A stretch of 64,000 nucleotides of DNA, from assembly GCA_949372645.1 (NCBI GenBank), contig CASIAP010000008.1:22623-86622 (forward strand), read 5' to 3'. The notes beneath the pieces were generated by a model. The model saw only the letters and a list, made by a program, of their open reading frames with translations. It did no database searches and was not told the origin of the DNA. The translations under genes and the position numbers were made by a program. Each line of letters opens with the position of its first letter. The stretch's first letter is position 1. The DNA comes from Candidatus Poseidoniaceae archaeon. GTDB lineage: Archaea > Thermoplasmatota > Poseidoniia > Poseidoniales > Poseidoniaceae. This document shows positions 8,847 to 19,303 of this stretch, piece after piece.

Positions 8847-9884
8847 ATGGCAGCAAAAGCAAAGAAAACAGCAAAACTAGAAATTGAAAACAATGAAGAC
8901 CCGAAGGAGGAAGCACCTGTATTGATGCCACCCGAAGAGGATGTACCCGAGCCCCTCATCGAAGACCTCCCTGGTGTTGGTCCAGCGACTGCAGAAAAAC
9001 TCCGTGAAGCTGGATTTGATGATCTGCTTGCACTTGCAGTTATGTCTCCTGGTGACCTTGCAGACCAAGCTGAACTCGGTGAAGCTGTTGCAACAAAAAT
9101 CATTGGCGGTGCCAAGAAAATGGCAAACATCGGTGGTTTCCTCTCAGGTGACGCATTACTTGAACGTCGACGTGAAGTTCTCAAACTCTCGTCAAAAGTT
9201 CAATCAATTGATGATTTACTCGGCGGCGGTTTTGAAACCCAAGCATTGGTTGAAGTCTATGGCGCATTTGGTAGCGGAAAGACCCAAATCGGCCATCAGT
9301 TGGCAGTGAATTGCACCCTTCCGCTTGAACAAGGCGGCTTGGATGGAGATATCTTTTACATCGACACAGAAGATACATTCCGCCCGGAACGAATTACTCA
9401 AATGGCACGAGGGTACGGACTTGACCCCGATCAGGTGCTTAGCAGAATCCATGTTGCTCGCGCATACAACTCTGCTCACCAGATGCTTTTGGTAGACGAA
9501 ATCAAGCGAATGAGCAAAGGCCTCAATGTCAAAATGATCATTGTAGATTCTCTCACAAGTCACTTTCGAGCTGAATACATCGGCCGTGGAATGCTTGCTA
9601 ATCGTCAACAAAAACTCAACCGACATCTCAAAGATTTGAAGCAACTTGCTGACATCAACAATGCACTGGTCCTGGTTACCAATCAAGTTCATTCGAAGCC
9701 TGATGCAATGTGGGGCGACCCTACAAAGCCGATCGGTGGACACATTTTGGCTCACGCATCGACCTTCCGACTTTACCTACGTAAGGCAAAGGGCGGACGA
9801 AGAATTGCTCGTTTAGTGGATTCTCCAAACTTGCCTGATGGTGAATGTGTGTACCAAGTCAATGAAGACGGTCTTCGAGACTGA
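8847..9884 (+). CDS. radA: DNA repair and recombination protein RadA
   Basis: N-terminal Hh[18 protein letters not shown]. Walker [10 protein letters not shown]. Walker B KMIIVDSL. The Rad51/RadA-type core runs throughout. There is a Lys/Glu-rich N-terminal extension of about 35 aa. Confidence 0.95.
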   Translation: MAAKAKKTAKLEIENNEDPKEEAPVLMPPEEDVPEPLIEDLPGVGPATAEKLREAGFDDLLALAVMSPGDLADQAELGEAVATKIIGGAKKMANIGGFLSGDALLERRREVLKLSSKVQSIDDLLGGGFETQALVEVYGAFGSGKTQIGHQLAVNCTLPLEQGGLDGDIFYIDTEDTFRPERITQMARGYGLDPDQVLSRIHVARAYNSAHQMLLVDEIKRMSKGLNVKMIIVDSLTSHFRAEYIGRGMLANRQQKLNRHLKDLKQLADINNALVLVTNQVHSKPDAMWGDPTKPIGGHILAHASTFRLYLRKAKGGRRIARLVDSPNLPDGECVYQVNEDGLRD

Positions 9885-9963
9885 GCGGTGTGAGAAAAAC
9901 CCCCTAAAAACCGCTTGTTTAGCCGTCGAGAAGGGCGGCACATTCAAGGTCACTTGAGTAAGC

Positions 9964-11103
9964 ATGACGCTCATGCGACACTTGATTGAACGGGTATTGG
10001 AACTCACTGAAGCTGAAACATCAAGCCCAGCACCAACGACTCCACCTCTTGGAGAAGGCAGTGAAGTAGAACTTCAGGCGTTATTGGAATCTCTCCAGCC
10101 TCGAATTCGAGTCTATGGCGTTGGAGGAGCGGGTTGTAACGCAATCGGCAGACTTTCTGAAGAAGGCTTGTTTGAAAATTCTTATGTCACTGGATATGCC
10201 ATCAATACTGATGCTCAGGCATTACTCATGTCCCCCATCGAAGAAAAAGTGTTGATTGGGAGAACTGCACGTGGCCGAGGAGCGGGTGGGGATCCTACTA
10301 AAGGTGAAGCTGCGGCACTTGAATCAGAATTGGCACTTCGAAGAATTACAAATGATACTCAACTTGCAATCATTACCGCTGGAATGGGTGGAGGTTCAGG
10401 CACTGGTGCTGCTGGGCAAATAGCTCGGCTCGCCAAACAACAAGGAGCGATGACAATTGCAGTGGTCACCTATCCATTCGAGTCTGAAGGTGCGCTTCGA
10501 AAGCAAAATGCTGAATGGGGCCTTGAACGATTGAGAGAACACTGTGACACAATATTAGTCATTCCAAACGAACGCTTGCTCGAGATAGAGGGTGTCAAAG
10601 ATTTACCCATTTCCAGTGCTTTTAGAGTTGGAGATGAATTACTTGTTCGCTCAATTACTGGTGTTGCAGAATTGCTCACTATCGATGGCATGGTGAATCT
10701 TGACTTTGAAGATCTACGTTCCGTCATCAACTTCGGAAGTGGAGTTGCCATGATTGGTTTAGGGGCTGCCTCGGGGCCTGGACGTGCTGAAGCCGCCACA
10801 ATGGAGGCATTGCATTCACCGTTGCTCGATATCGATACATCCGATGCACGCGGAGCCCTAATCAATGTTGTCGGTGGAGCAAATCTGACTCTTGGTGAAG
10901 CTGAACGATGTGCTAAAATCATCAAAGATCAAATTTCACCTCATGCGCAAATCATATGGGGTGCAGCGGTAAAGGAAGAATTGGAAGAGGAAATCCGGGT
11001 AATGCTCGTCCTTACAGGTGTCAAAAGTGAACAGATTCATGGCGCCAATGAAAACCGACAATTACGTGCCTTGCGTAATCAACAAATCGAATTTGTTAAC
11101 TGA
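9964..11103 (+). CDS. ftsZ: Cell division GTPase FtsZ
   Basis: GVGGAGCNAI and the tubulin signature GMGGGSGTGAAG. Typical FtsZ C-terminal domain. Confidence 0.95.
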   Translation: MTLMRHLIERVLELTEAETSSPAPTTPPLGEGSEVELQALLESLQPRIRVYGVGGAGCNAIGRLSEEGLFENSYVTGYAINTDAQALLMSPIEEKVLIGRTARGRGAGGDPTKGEAAALESELALRRITNDTQLAIITAGMGGGSGTGAAGQIARLAKQQGAMTIAVVTYPFESEGALRKQNAEWGLERLREHCDTILVIPNERLLEIEGVKDLPISSAFRVGDELLVRSITGVAELLTIDGMVNLDFEDLRSVINFGSGVAMIGLGAASGPGRAEAATMEALHSPLLDIDTSDARGALINVVGGANLTLGEAERCAKIIKDQISPHAQIIWGAAVKEELEEEIRVMLVLTGVKSEQIHGANENRQLRALRNQQIEFVN

Positions 11104-11721
11104 TTACTTTATCACAATATAAAGAAAACCGAGGATAGCGATAAGCCCTCCAATGATGAGTGAAAAATCACTGAGTGAATAGGTTTGATCGACATCCGGT
11201 TGAGTCAAAACTCCCTCAAAACTCGAACCCGGTATTGTGACTCCATATGAGTTCCAAGCATCACCCATCGAATTTCCATTCCCGTTAACTGCGTTTCCAA
11301 ATACGATAAATTCAACCGATGATGCATTATCCTGAGGGGCCGTCCAGGTAAAATTCCAAGCTCGTTGAGTGCTTCCTTCACTGGTATGAGTCCAGCCATT
11401 ATCAATTTCTTGAGCTTCATTTGGATTGTCAAATTCGATTATGCCATCGCTTACCAAGAGCCGGAAACCACCTTGTGAAGCGTTCACTTGGAGTTCATTA
11501 CTGCTTTCGATTACAAGACTCAGTTCAAAGGTTTGATTGCTTTCAAACGATGCTGGAAGGCCGGTGAGCGAAGTTTCAGTACTGTTTGAGGCGCCACCAT
11601 GACATGCACACCCATTATTGGCGAGTTCTCCGACTCCAATTGGAAAACTTTGGCTGGAAGTTAAGCCGAGTGAAGAAAAGAGAAGTAAAAGAAAAACGCA
11701 ATGCAGCTGACTGAACCTCAT
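11104..11721 (-). CDS. Secreted reeler/DOMON-like domain protein with C-terminal TM anchor
   Basis: Signal MRFSQLHCVFLLLLFSSLGLTSS, with start chosen at ATG 11721 (ORF open to 11805). NNGCACHGG is followed by QGGFRLLV, WNFTWTAPQD and VEFIVFGNAVNGNGN, a pattern recalling reeler-type domains. C-terminal IIGGLIAILGFLYIVI. Confidence 0.45.
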   Translation of the reverse strand: MRFSQLHCVFLLLLFSSLGLTSSQSFPIGVGELANNGCACHGGASNSTETSLTGLPASFESNQTFELSLVIESSNELQVNASQGGFRLLVSDGIIEFDNPNEAQEIDNGWTHTSEGSTQRAWNFTWTAPQDNASSVEFIVFGNAVNGNGNSMGDAWNSYGVTIPGSSFEGVLTQPDVDQTYSLSDFSLIIGGLIAILGFLYIVIK

Positions 11722-11883
11722 CTTTACCCAATGAGAAGTCATGGTATGGCTCATATGACTTTTTCCATCCACCATGCACTTATTCATTGATAATCTATCG
11801 GTCACTTGAGTGATTTAAACTTCACCGGAAAAAAACATTCTTTCATGTAGTAGAAGGGTTAATTTCGTGTTGGAAGTGGAACT

Positions 11884-12558
11884 GTGCAATCATGGAATAC
11901 TGTTGAAGAAGTTGATGAAGAAGAAATGGATATTTTTGCAGAACTTGGTGCTGTTCAACCTATGAATACTCCCGCCCTAACAAATAACCATGCCAATACT
12001 TCAGCGTTAAGCAATGACCCTCTTGCAGCATTTATGGAAGATGAAGAGGAAAATACACTTACCGCCGATTCGCTTTTCGCACTTGAAGATGAACCAGAAG
12101 GTGCATTTGAATTCATATCGGAACCTGAGCCGTTGACTGAAAATATCTCGAGTTCGTTGGTTGAAACACTTCAATCGCCCCGTCCAACACTCTCAAACGA
12201 AGTGATCACTGAACTTCTCGAAGTTCTCGTAAAAACGGAACTTAATTCTCGTATTGAACGTGGGGAAAATTGGTTGTCCGATCTTCCAGCAGATGCTATC
12301 GCTCAAATCCAATCAGCAAAAGTTGTGAAGCAACAGGAGGCGTATCACCTCTCACTCATCATCGACATGGTAGGAACTGGTCAAGTTCGACCGTTTGCAA
12401 CCGTCCTTTCAACCGGTGAAGGTGTTTTGCCAGTATCCCCTCCTGCGCACCTTTCACATTCGTGGCATCCGTTGTATAACGCACTACGTGACTTGTTGCT
12501 TCAAGCAATGAATTCACTTTCAAAAGTGAATGTTGTCGTTGGTAAAGCCTCTGCTTAA
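11884..12558 (+). CDS. Hypothetical acidic protein
   Basis: 224-aa ORF with a GTG start (first ATG 11923). The N-half is rich in Glu/Asp. No motif recognised. Confidence 0.4.
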   Translation: MQSWNTVEEVDEEEMDIFAELGAVQPMNTPALTNNHANTSALSNDPLAAFMEDEEENTLTADSLFALEDEPEGAFEFISEPEPLTENISSSLVETLQSPRPTLSNEVITELLEVLVKTELNSRIERGENWLSDLPADAIAQIQSAKVVKQQEAYHLSLIIDMVGTGQVRPFATVLSTGEGVLPVSPPAHLSHSWHPLYNALRDLLLQAMNSLSKVNVVVGKASA

Positions 12559-12938
12559 TCACGATGAACGACAACGCTTGAAGTCATTCTGACTTCGGTG
12601 AACATGTTCGAGACGCTGCAGTATTTCTCATGGCTCTTCGCCACTATTCTCTCGAGGAGCTTTTCAGGAACATCTCCTTCAACGTGGTAGATCATCTTCA
12701 CTGATTCAAAAACACGCGGAGTTGTTTCTGCTCGGGTACTGTCGAGCTCGACCCAGACTTTAGTAAATTGACGATCTTTGAGGCCTACAATCACATCGAC
12801 TAAAGAGCATGCTCCAATCATTTGAAGCGTTACTTGCATTGGAGAAGGCCCATCTTCCCAGTCCAATACAAGGCTCTGTTCATTGGAATTCGTGCACAAA
12901 AGTCCATTTCCGCCGGTCCATTCTACTCGCCCTTGCAT
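12555..12938 (-). CDS. osmC: OsmC/Ohr-family peroxiredoxin-like protein
   Basis: 127 aa. The two conserved Cys contexts are IGACSLVDV and HEKYCSVSNM. Size and pattern are typical of the OsmC family. Confidence 0.8.
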   Translation of the reverse strand: MQGRVEWTGGNGLLCTNSNEQSLVLDWEDGPSPMQVTLQMIGACSLVDVIVGLKDRQFTKVWVELDSTRAETTPRVFESVKMIYHVEGDVPEKLLERIVAKSHEKYCSVSNMFTEVRMTSSVVVHRD

Positions 12939-12987
12939 GGAGGTCCGTGGGGCGGTTCATTCTTGAAGGGGATGCATCTGCGTCTGT

Positions 12988-14223
12988 TTGATTGCCATGA
13001 ACGGAACCCCAGTGACATTAAACAACGGTAAACTCAATGTTCCAGATGACCCAATAATTCACTTCATCGAAGGAGATGGGATTGGTATTGACATCTCTCC
13101 TGTTATGATGAAAGTTGTTGATGCAGCTGTTTCAAAATCGTACAATGGACAAAAGGGTATTGTTTGGTCAGAAGTTCTTGCTGGTGAAAAGGCATTCAAT
13201 GCAACAGGTGAATGGTTGCCTCAAGCTACATTGGATGCTATTCGTGCTGGCCTCATCTCAATTAAAGGGCCGTTAACAACCCCCGTAGGTGGAGGGATTC
13301 GTTCATTGAATGTTGCTCTACGACAAAAACTCGACTTGTATGCTTGTGTTCGCCCTGTGCGTTGGTATGAAGGGACGCCTTCGCCAGTCAAATCACCTGG
13401 TGATGTCGACATGATTATTTTCAGAGAGAACAGTGAAGACGTGTATGCCGGTATTGAATGGGAAGCAGGCAGTGCTGAAGTCAAGAAAGTGATTGATTTC
13501 TTGCAGAATGAGATGGGTGTCGATAAAATTCGATTCCCAAATACCTCTGGAATTGGTATCAAACCAATTTCACAAGAAGGAACTGCACGTATTGTAAGGG
13601 CTGCTCTTCAACACGCCGTCGATACTGATAAGGAAAGTGTGACCATTGTTCACAAAGGTAACATCATGAAATTTACTGAAGGCGGATTCCGCGATTGGGG
13701 TTATTCAATTGCTAAGGATGAATTCGGAGCAACTGAACTCGATGGTGGGCCATGGTGCACCTTTGAAAATCCAAACACTGGCAAAACTATTCTCGTAAAG
13801 GACGTCATTGCAGACGCAATGTTACAGCAAATCATTACTCGACCGGCAGAATATTCGGTCTTGACAACCATGAACCTGAACGGCGATTACATCTCAGATG
13901 CATTAGCTGCACAAGTTGGCGGGATCGGTATTGCACCAGGTGCAAACCTCAACTATGAAACTGGAATTTCTATCTTTGAAGCGACCCATGGTACCGCTCC
14001 AAAGTATACTGGTCAAAACAAAGTAAATCCAGGTTCACTTATTCTCTCTGCAGAAATGATGCTTCGCCACATGGGCTGGATTGAAGCGGCAGATTTGATT
14101 GTCAAGGGCATGGAAGGAGCAATATCTGCAAAAACCGTCACCTATGACTTTGAGCGTTTGATGGACGATGCAATACTTCTCTCATGCAGTGCCTTCGGCG
14201 ATGCAATGATTGCTCACATGTGA
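12988..14223 (+). CDS. icd: Isocitrate dehydrogenase (NADP-dependent)
   Basis: [29 protein letters not shown] and [25 protein letters not shown]. 411 aa. Confidence 0.95.
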   Translation: MIAMNGTPVTLNNGKLNVPDDPIIHFIEGDGIGIDISPVMMKVVDAAVSKSYNGQKGIVWSEVLAGEKAFNATGEWLPQATLDAIRAGLISIKGPLTTPVGGGIRSLNVALRQKLDLYACVRPVRWYEGTPSPVKSPGDVDMIIFRENSEDVYAGIEWEAGSAEVKKVIDFLQNEMGVDKIRFPNTSGIGIKPISQEGTARIVRAALQHAVDTDKESVTIVHKGNIMKFTEGGFRDWGYSIAKDEFGATELDGGPWCTFENPNTGKTILVKDVIADAMLQQIITRPAEYSVLTTMNLNGDYISDALAAQVGGIGIAPGANLNYETGISIFEATHGTAPKYTGQNKVNPGSLILSAEMMLRHMGWIEAADLIVKGMEGAISAKTVTYDFERLMDDAILLSCSAFGDAMIAHM

Positions 14224-14227
14224 GTGC

Positions 14228-17200
14228 TCACTTGAGCCAAGCGTTGAGTGAACGGCTATTTTTAGCAATTCCAAAGCCAAATTGTTCTTCGAAAGCACGA
14301 GCAACAAGTGTGAAATCACCATCACGGGTTGCAATCAATACAGTTCCGAGGTCTTGGAGAGATTGAGTTGCAAGTTGTGAAGCGATTCGCATCAAAGTTC
14401 GGTCAGGTGATTCAGGGTAAATGTCTCGTCCTTCTAGAACAGTTCGGACAGGTTCTCCACGAGTGCGCTTCATGGCTGTGATTTCTTCATAAATTTCACT
14501 CGATTCAAGTAAGAACTTTTCAATGGCCACTTTCGTATCTTCCGAACCTGCTTCGGATTCAATTTCAAGGTCAAGGGGTCTCCACGTGTTGTAATCAGTG
14601 AGAACGTCGTCCACAAGAGCGTTCAAAGTTTTTGCATTGAAAATTGCATCAAGTAAATCTGGTGAAACTAAAGCATCATCGAATCGGCTCTTAAGGAGTT
14701 TAATTCCAGACGCAATACCGGTCAATTCTTGTTTAACAATACTTGGCAGCCACAGTTGTAACTTCTTATCCTTCGCCTTGCTAAGGAGGATTTTATGGAA
14801 ACTGCCTTGACCTTGGATGTCGAGACTAATCTCGCCCACGAGGTGCAACTTTTCTGAGATCTTGTCGATCAAAGCATCGACTAAAATATTTGTATCAACA
14901 ATCACCAATGGAACCAAGGAAAGATTGCGCAGATAACGGCGGGATGCATTCGGTATCTGAGATTTATTTATTGAGAAGAGAGATAGTTCAGCCTGTTGTA
15001 AACTTCGAATTTCAGTCTCATTGAAGAAGACGCTGTTTTGTGCCCGTTCAAGGTACATCAACCCATCGACAGGGCGAACTTTTGCTGCCTCACTGGCAAG
15101 TGAATAGACCTCATCGGTTGATGGTGAACCAAATTGCATCAATTGATTAAATCGGGTATCAAACGTATTCTTTTGTCTTCTACGATTCTTGTGTAACGAA
15201 TTTGTTGCTGCTGTAACTCTTCCACAAAACGGGTCTGTAGGGAGCGGTCGCGGGTGCTCATGTGGATAGGTTTTGAGCATGTCCAAGTCGTCTTCTGCGT
15301 GATAGACTCGCATAACTTCGACCATCTCGCCTTCTTCATTTTCTTCGAGTTCCATTTTGCTTCGTTTGACGAAGTCTTTCAGTAAACGAGTTGCGGAATT
15401 GGTGTCTTTTGATTTTGCCGTGTATGATACGCGCAGATACAATTGGAAACGTTGAGTAATAGCACTTTTGAGAGCAGGTTGTGCATCGAGAAGTTCAACT
15501 GCCTCTCGCCATTGTTCAGCGAATGCCAAATGAATCAGTGCTTTACGGTATAAAGTGAGTGAATACTCGTAATCAAATTCTTCATGATCTCCTGCCTTAC
15601 GATAATCTCGAGCGGCATTCAGTTCTTCGTTATTGGATGCATAGACTGCTGCTCGTGCAAGAGTGTGCCATGGGGATAATGCATCATGGTTTTGATACCA
15701 ACGAACAAGAGATGGGAGTCCGATATCATGTTCTAAAACCAAGTGTCGAACACTGTGAATCATCCCAGTTGGAATGAGAGGGTTGCCTAACAGGGTATTG
15801 AGAGTTTCAATGTTCTCGGCATCAGAATTGCCATGCTGAAGCATCAAGGCCACATGGTTGAGACGCAATGTTGCGATGACTGAATTGAAGAGAACACGTT
15901 CCATGACGGTGAGTTCTGCTGAAGCAATACTTTCTTCAAGATTCGAAAGATGAGTCGATGATGCAATTCCACTACCTCCATCTCGCAGTGCTTGACGAAT
16001 TGGTCCGAAAGCCAAAAGCCCTTGCTTATCGAGGACCGTAGTAAGGCGATCGTCTTCGATGTTTTCGCCTTCAAACAGCATTAACAGCGCTTCAGAGGTC
16101 GAAGAAAAGGATTCAGGGGCATCCATGCTGTGGACCTCGGAAAGGGCTGCTTTTCGAGCTGCTCGGACGTTTGTCCAAAGGTCATTATTACTCCCTGCAT
16201 CGAGTAAATGGGACACAAGGAGGGTCTCGTAAGGATGGGATAATGGGACCAAATCGTTGGAAGTGATCATCTTGGCGAGGAGGTTCAATTCCATACTTTG
16301 TGTATAGATGTCGATGAGAAGTGGGAACACACTTTCCCAGGCCTCACTTGAGTCGTGAGAGAGATTCTTTGCAGCCATCGAACGAATATTCAGGGGCAGT
16401 GATTTCATTTGAATCAAGGCCACAAGGGATCCATCGTCCAAAATTGGAATTTGTTCGAGGAGCCATTGATCGATTACATCACCCGAAAGTTCGGAGAGTA
16501 AAGGGGCTAAAGTTGACAATTCGGTATGATGATCGAGTTTGAGACTGGTGAGAAGTTGAATTGTTTCTTCAGACTTTCCTTCTTTGTGAAGCGCATTTAA
16601 TCTCCACCACATGATTTTCTCAATCTGAACGGCATTGGTTGTGTGTTCGCGAAGTAATTCCAGTCCTTCTGCAAGTTGCTTCGAAGAAAGTTTTGCTGCT
16701 TCAGCGGGAGGGTTTTCCCAAGCGAGAAGCTGCCGAGCTGCTGACAAGGAATTGTCTCCTTTCGCAGTTCTGGACTTCTTCCAATCCAACACCTTGCTTT
16801 GACGAAGCATGTGCAGATCATTCAGTTGTTCTGTCAAGTCTGCATCAACTGCTTTGAGTCGCTCAAGGGGTTCTGCAGGGTCTTTCCCTGAGGCTAATGC
16901 AAACAAAACACTCAATGCTGAGGCTTGTCCTTCCAATTGATAGAGAATCTCTGCAGGGTGTAATGGTCGACCTGATGAAAGTTGAGAGACAATATTACGA
17001 AGTGCAACTTGAGACTCGGCATCTGTTACGGTAACTGAGATTTCTTCAACAGCCGTAATCAAGTCCTCTGTAATGAACGGGTTGATGAAAGCTGAATTCA
17101 ACTTCACCTTTTTGCCTGCTTTGGCCTTGCTCACTTTCGCTTTCGGGAAAGCAGCGAATTGGCCGAGGAGCGCTGTTCGTTGAGCAAGGTCGAGCCAAAC

Positions 17201-17632
17201 GGGGTGCACTCCCTTTTCCAAACATGCTTCACGTAATGATTTTTCAGTCGTCTCCCATTCTTCTTCCCATTCGTCTTTGTTGAGCAGTTTGTGAACCATC
17301 AAGACTGCCAGTCGATAAGCAGTACTGTATTCTGAAGGAAGAATCATTTCTGGTGCTGAAGGGAGTGCGTCCATTGGACCCGAAGCGCCTCGGCCACCTC
17401 GGCGGTTTCTACCTCGACCGCCAGATGACCTTCGCCGGGACGGGGCGTCAGATTCTTCTTCATCAGCCGCAGGGAGTTCTGTCTCAGCGAGTGCTAGAAG
17501 CAGGAGTGGGCGCCAAGGTTTCTCAAGTAATTGCCAGTCAGCCGTTTTCACAACTAAAGACTGACGTCGAGGTTTTGTGACGTTTGTTTTGAAAGCAACT
17601 TCAAGACAATTTGACATGTGAGTCTCTTGCAA
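14228..17632 (-). CDS. Large helical protein with RGG-like patch and C-terminal PIN-domain nuclease
   Basis: 1134 aa. The four PIN acidic positions occur in order in the last ~240 aa: VIVDTNILVD, VKQELTG, ESPDRTLMRIA, LIATRDGDF. N-terminal SRRRSSGGRGRNRRGGRGASG. The ~800 aa in between are helix-rich and Leu-rich. No P-loop. Confidence 0.7.
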   Translation of the reverse strand: MQETHMSNCLEVAFKTNVTKPRRQSLVVKTADWQLLEKPWRPLLLLALAETELPAADEEESDAPSRRRSSGGRGRNRRGGRGASGPMDALPSAPEMILPSEYSTAYRLAVLMVHKLLNKDEWEEEWETTEKSLREACLEKGVHPVWLDLAQRTALLGQFAAFPKAKVSKAKAGKKVKLNSAFINPFITEDLITAVEEISVTVTDAESQVALRNIVSQLSSGRPLHPAEILYQLEGQASALSVLFALASGKDPAEPLERLKAVDADLTEQLNDLHMLRQSKVLDWKKSRTAKGDNSLSAARQLLAWENPPAEAAKLSSKQLAEGLELLREHTTNAVQIEKIMWWRLNALHKEGKSEETIQLLTSLKLDHHTELSTLAPLLSELSGDVIDQWLLEQIPILDDGSLVALIQMKSLPLNIRSMAAKNLSHDSSEAWESVFPLLIDIYTQSMELNLLAKMITSNDLVPLSHPYETLLVSHLLDAGSNNDLWTNVRAARKAALSEVHSMDAPESFSSTSEALLMLFEGENIEDDRLTTVLDKQGLLAFGPIRQALRDGGSGIASSTHLSNLEESIASAELTVMERVLFNSVIATLRLNHVALMLQHGNSDAENIETLNTLLGNPLIPTGMIHSVRHLVLEHDIGLPSLVRWYQNHDALSPWHTLARAAVYASNNEELNAARDYRKAGDHEEFDYEYSLTLYRKALIHLAFAEQWREAVELLDAQPALKSAITQRFQLYLRVSYTAKSKDTNSATRLLKDFVKRSKMELEENEEGEMVEVMRVYHAEDDLDMLKTYPHEHPRPLPTDPFCGRVTAATNSLHKNRRRQKNTFDTRFNQLMQFGSPSTDEVYSLASEAAKVRPVDGLMYLERAQNSVFFNETEIRSLQQAELSLFSINKSQIPNASRRYLRNLSLVPLVIVDTNILVDALIDKISEKLHLVGEISLDIQGQGSFHKILLSKAKDKKLQLWLPSIVKQELTGIASGIKLLKSRFDDALVSPDLLDAIFNAKTLNALVDDVLTDYNTWRPLDLEIESEAGSEDTKVAIEKFLLESSEIYEEITAMKRTRGEPVRTVLEGRDIYPESPDRTLMRIASQLATQSLQDLGTVLIATRDGDFTLVARAFEEQFGFGIAKNSRSLNAWLK

Positions 17633-17776
17633 TGCTCCGCCCCCTCTCTCATTGCCTCAACCTACCCTCCTTCAACCCACCGGCATCATCATCTAGGACT
17701 CAAAAGGATTCGTTTCCACCAGAAGTCTGCGAACATCCTTGAACAAAGAACCCTTGGAGCTCACTGGAGGAATAGC

Positions 17777-18241
17777 ATGGACATCATTCGTATCGTGGTT
17801 TTGTTACTTCATCCTTTACTTGCAACAGGCTTGCTTGGTTGGATTTGGTGGCAATACTCGTGGCGGAAAAAAAGCCATGAACTCAAAGGCGAGTCGCGCA
17901 ATAAAGCGCTCACTCAACATGAAAAATACGGTAACAGGCTAATTTGGTCTGCTTTTTTCGTGATTTGTATTGCCTTTTTGAGTCGTGCTTTTATTGGCTG
18001 GAGAGAGAATGAAAGTTTTTTCACGGCATTCGAGCCGAGCCTTCATGGATTCATGGGCCCGGTTGGATTTGTTTTGCTGTTCTTACTCGCACGAATGGGT
18101 CGTCGGGCACGAGATGCTCGGAAGGGTGGTGAAAAATTCGCCCACCATGCATTGAAACATGGGCGAGCTGCTGACTTGATTGTAGTCCTCGCTTTCCTGC
18201 ATGCCTTCTTAGGGTTCTTGCATATTTTCAAAGTCTTGTGA
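17777..18241 (+). CDS. Hypothetical 4-TM membrane protein with conserved-looking histidines (DUF4079-like?)
   Basis: ATG 17777 is preceded by GGAGGAA at a 5-nt spacing. Four hydrophobic helices carry LLLHPLL, SLHGFMG and AFLHAFLGFLH. The family call is from memory only. Confidence 0.45.
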   Translation: MDIIRIVVLLLHPLLATGLLGWIWWQYSWRKKSHELKGESRNKALTQHEKYGNRLIWSAFFVICIAFLSRAFIGWRENESFFTAFEPSLHGFMGPVGFVLLFLLARMGRRARDARKGGEKFAHHALKHGRAADLIVVLAFLHAFLGFLHIFKVL

Positions 18242-18246
18242 ATTCA

Positions 18247-19296
18247 TCATATGGCAAGTTCTTCGCTCCGATTCCGCCACATTCTGAGCCAAGTTTCAAG
18301 ATTGGAATCGACTCCTGGTTCCTGAATTCGGCAACCACAAGCATTCGCATGGCCTCCACCCGTTGGATCCATAGCAGTTGCTAATCGAGACAAATCGTAT
18401 CGGCCTTGGCCGTTTTCAAGAAATGAATTGGCATAGAAACTGGCAGAAAGTGCAGGGCGATTTGGTGTTTCAATCGAACCGTCTGCATATCCGTGAATGA
18501 TGCAGCATGCATCTGCTCTATCGCCAGCCCATGCAGTGACTAAGTAACCGTTTGAGCGAACTCCTTTTTCATCCATACGACAAACAGCAAGACGGTCGAT
18601 GATTTCAGTATGTTGTTCGACAACCGCTTGTGCCGCTATACGTTCATGTCGGGCTCTTTCGATGTGAGGTGATATTTTTGGATCGTGCAAGACTTCATCC
18701 AAACTCGAACCTTGAGAAAGTAAAGTGAGAACATGGTGCATGTGTTCTGATTCTCTAAGTGAAAGCGAGCGAGCGAGTTGGAGGATTGGGCCATCTTCAA
18801 TAAATTCCTCGCGGGTGATTTGACCTGAATCAAGAGCATCGACTACCGGCATTATTTCTTCTAAGTGTGAGACATCGATGTAGGGGCTCAAGACATCATA
18901 GGCAAGTCGAGCAGCAGACGGTGTCGCCTCCCAATGACAGGTACCTCCATTGCGAACAAAAATTTCTTCCTCTTCCTTATTCGGACGGTTCGTTTGATGG
19001 TGGTCAAGATACCATCCACACTCGGGGTGAAAAGGTAAATCCACCATTGCTGTGGAGCGGTCGACTAATGCATCAAGGGCTCCGGAGCGCACCAAGGCTG
19101 CGTGAGCAAAATGAACCTCGGCATCTGGGTTAGCTGCTTTGAGGACTGCTGCGGCACAAAGTCCGTCGAGATCTGAATCGGCAATAATTCGTGTAAACTC
19201 AGGCAATCCTGCTCTTTTCAATGGCGTCGAGGTAGGAGGCACAACGCGATGGGTGTAGGCGCTCTCCAAGAAGGTTTTCGGAAAACATTTCGCCAC
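18247..19296 (-). CDS. DHH/DHHA1-family phosphoesterase (NrnA/RecJ-like)
   Basis: DHH motifs ADSDLDGLCAAAV and YLDHHQTN. DHHA1 motif GGGHANACG. 349 aa. Confidence 0.8.
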   Translation of the reverse strand: MAKCFPKTFLESAYTHRVVPPTSTPLKRAGLPEFTRIIADSDLDGLCAAAVLKAANPDAEVHFAHAALVRSGALDALVDRSTAMVDLPFHPECGWYLDHHQTNRPNKEEEEIFVRNGGTCHWEATPSAARLAYDVLSPYIDVSHLEEIMPVVDALDSGQITREEFIEDGPILQLARSLSLRESEHMHHVLTLLSQGSSLDEVLHDPKISPHIERARHERIAAQAVVEQHTEIIDRLAVCRMDEKGVRSNGYLVTAWAGDRADACCIIHGYADGSIETPNRPALSASFYANSFLENGQGRYDLSRLATAMDPTGGGHANACGCRIQEPGVDSNLETWLRMWRNRSEELAI

Positions 19297-19303
19297 AATT
19301 AAC

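Noticed and set aside
8780-9755. Minus-strand ORFs of 134 aa and 179 aa overlapping radA
   Set aside because: They are antisense to an unambiguous RadA CDS. They have Ser/Arg-rich or odd composition and no motifs.
9948-11811. Exact 12-mer GGTCACTTGAGT present both 5 nt upstream of the ftsZ ATG (9948-9959) and in the divergent spacer at 11800-11811
   Set aside because: On the order of a hundred identical 12-mer pairs are expected by chance in 64 kb. There is no third copy and no palindromic structure to support a regulatory motif.
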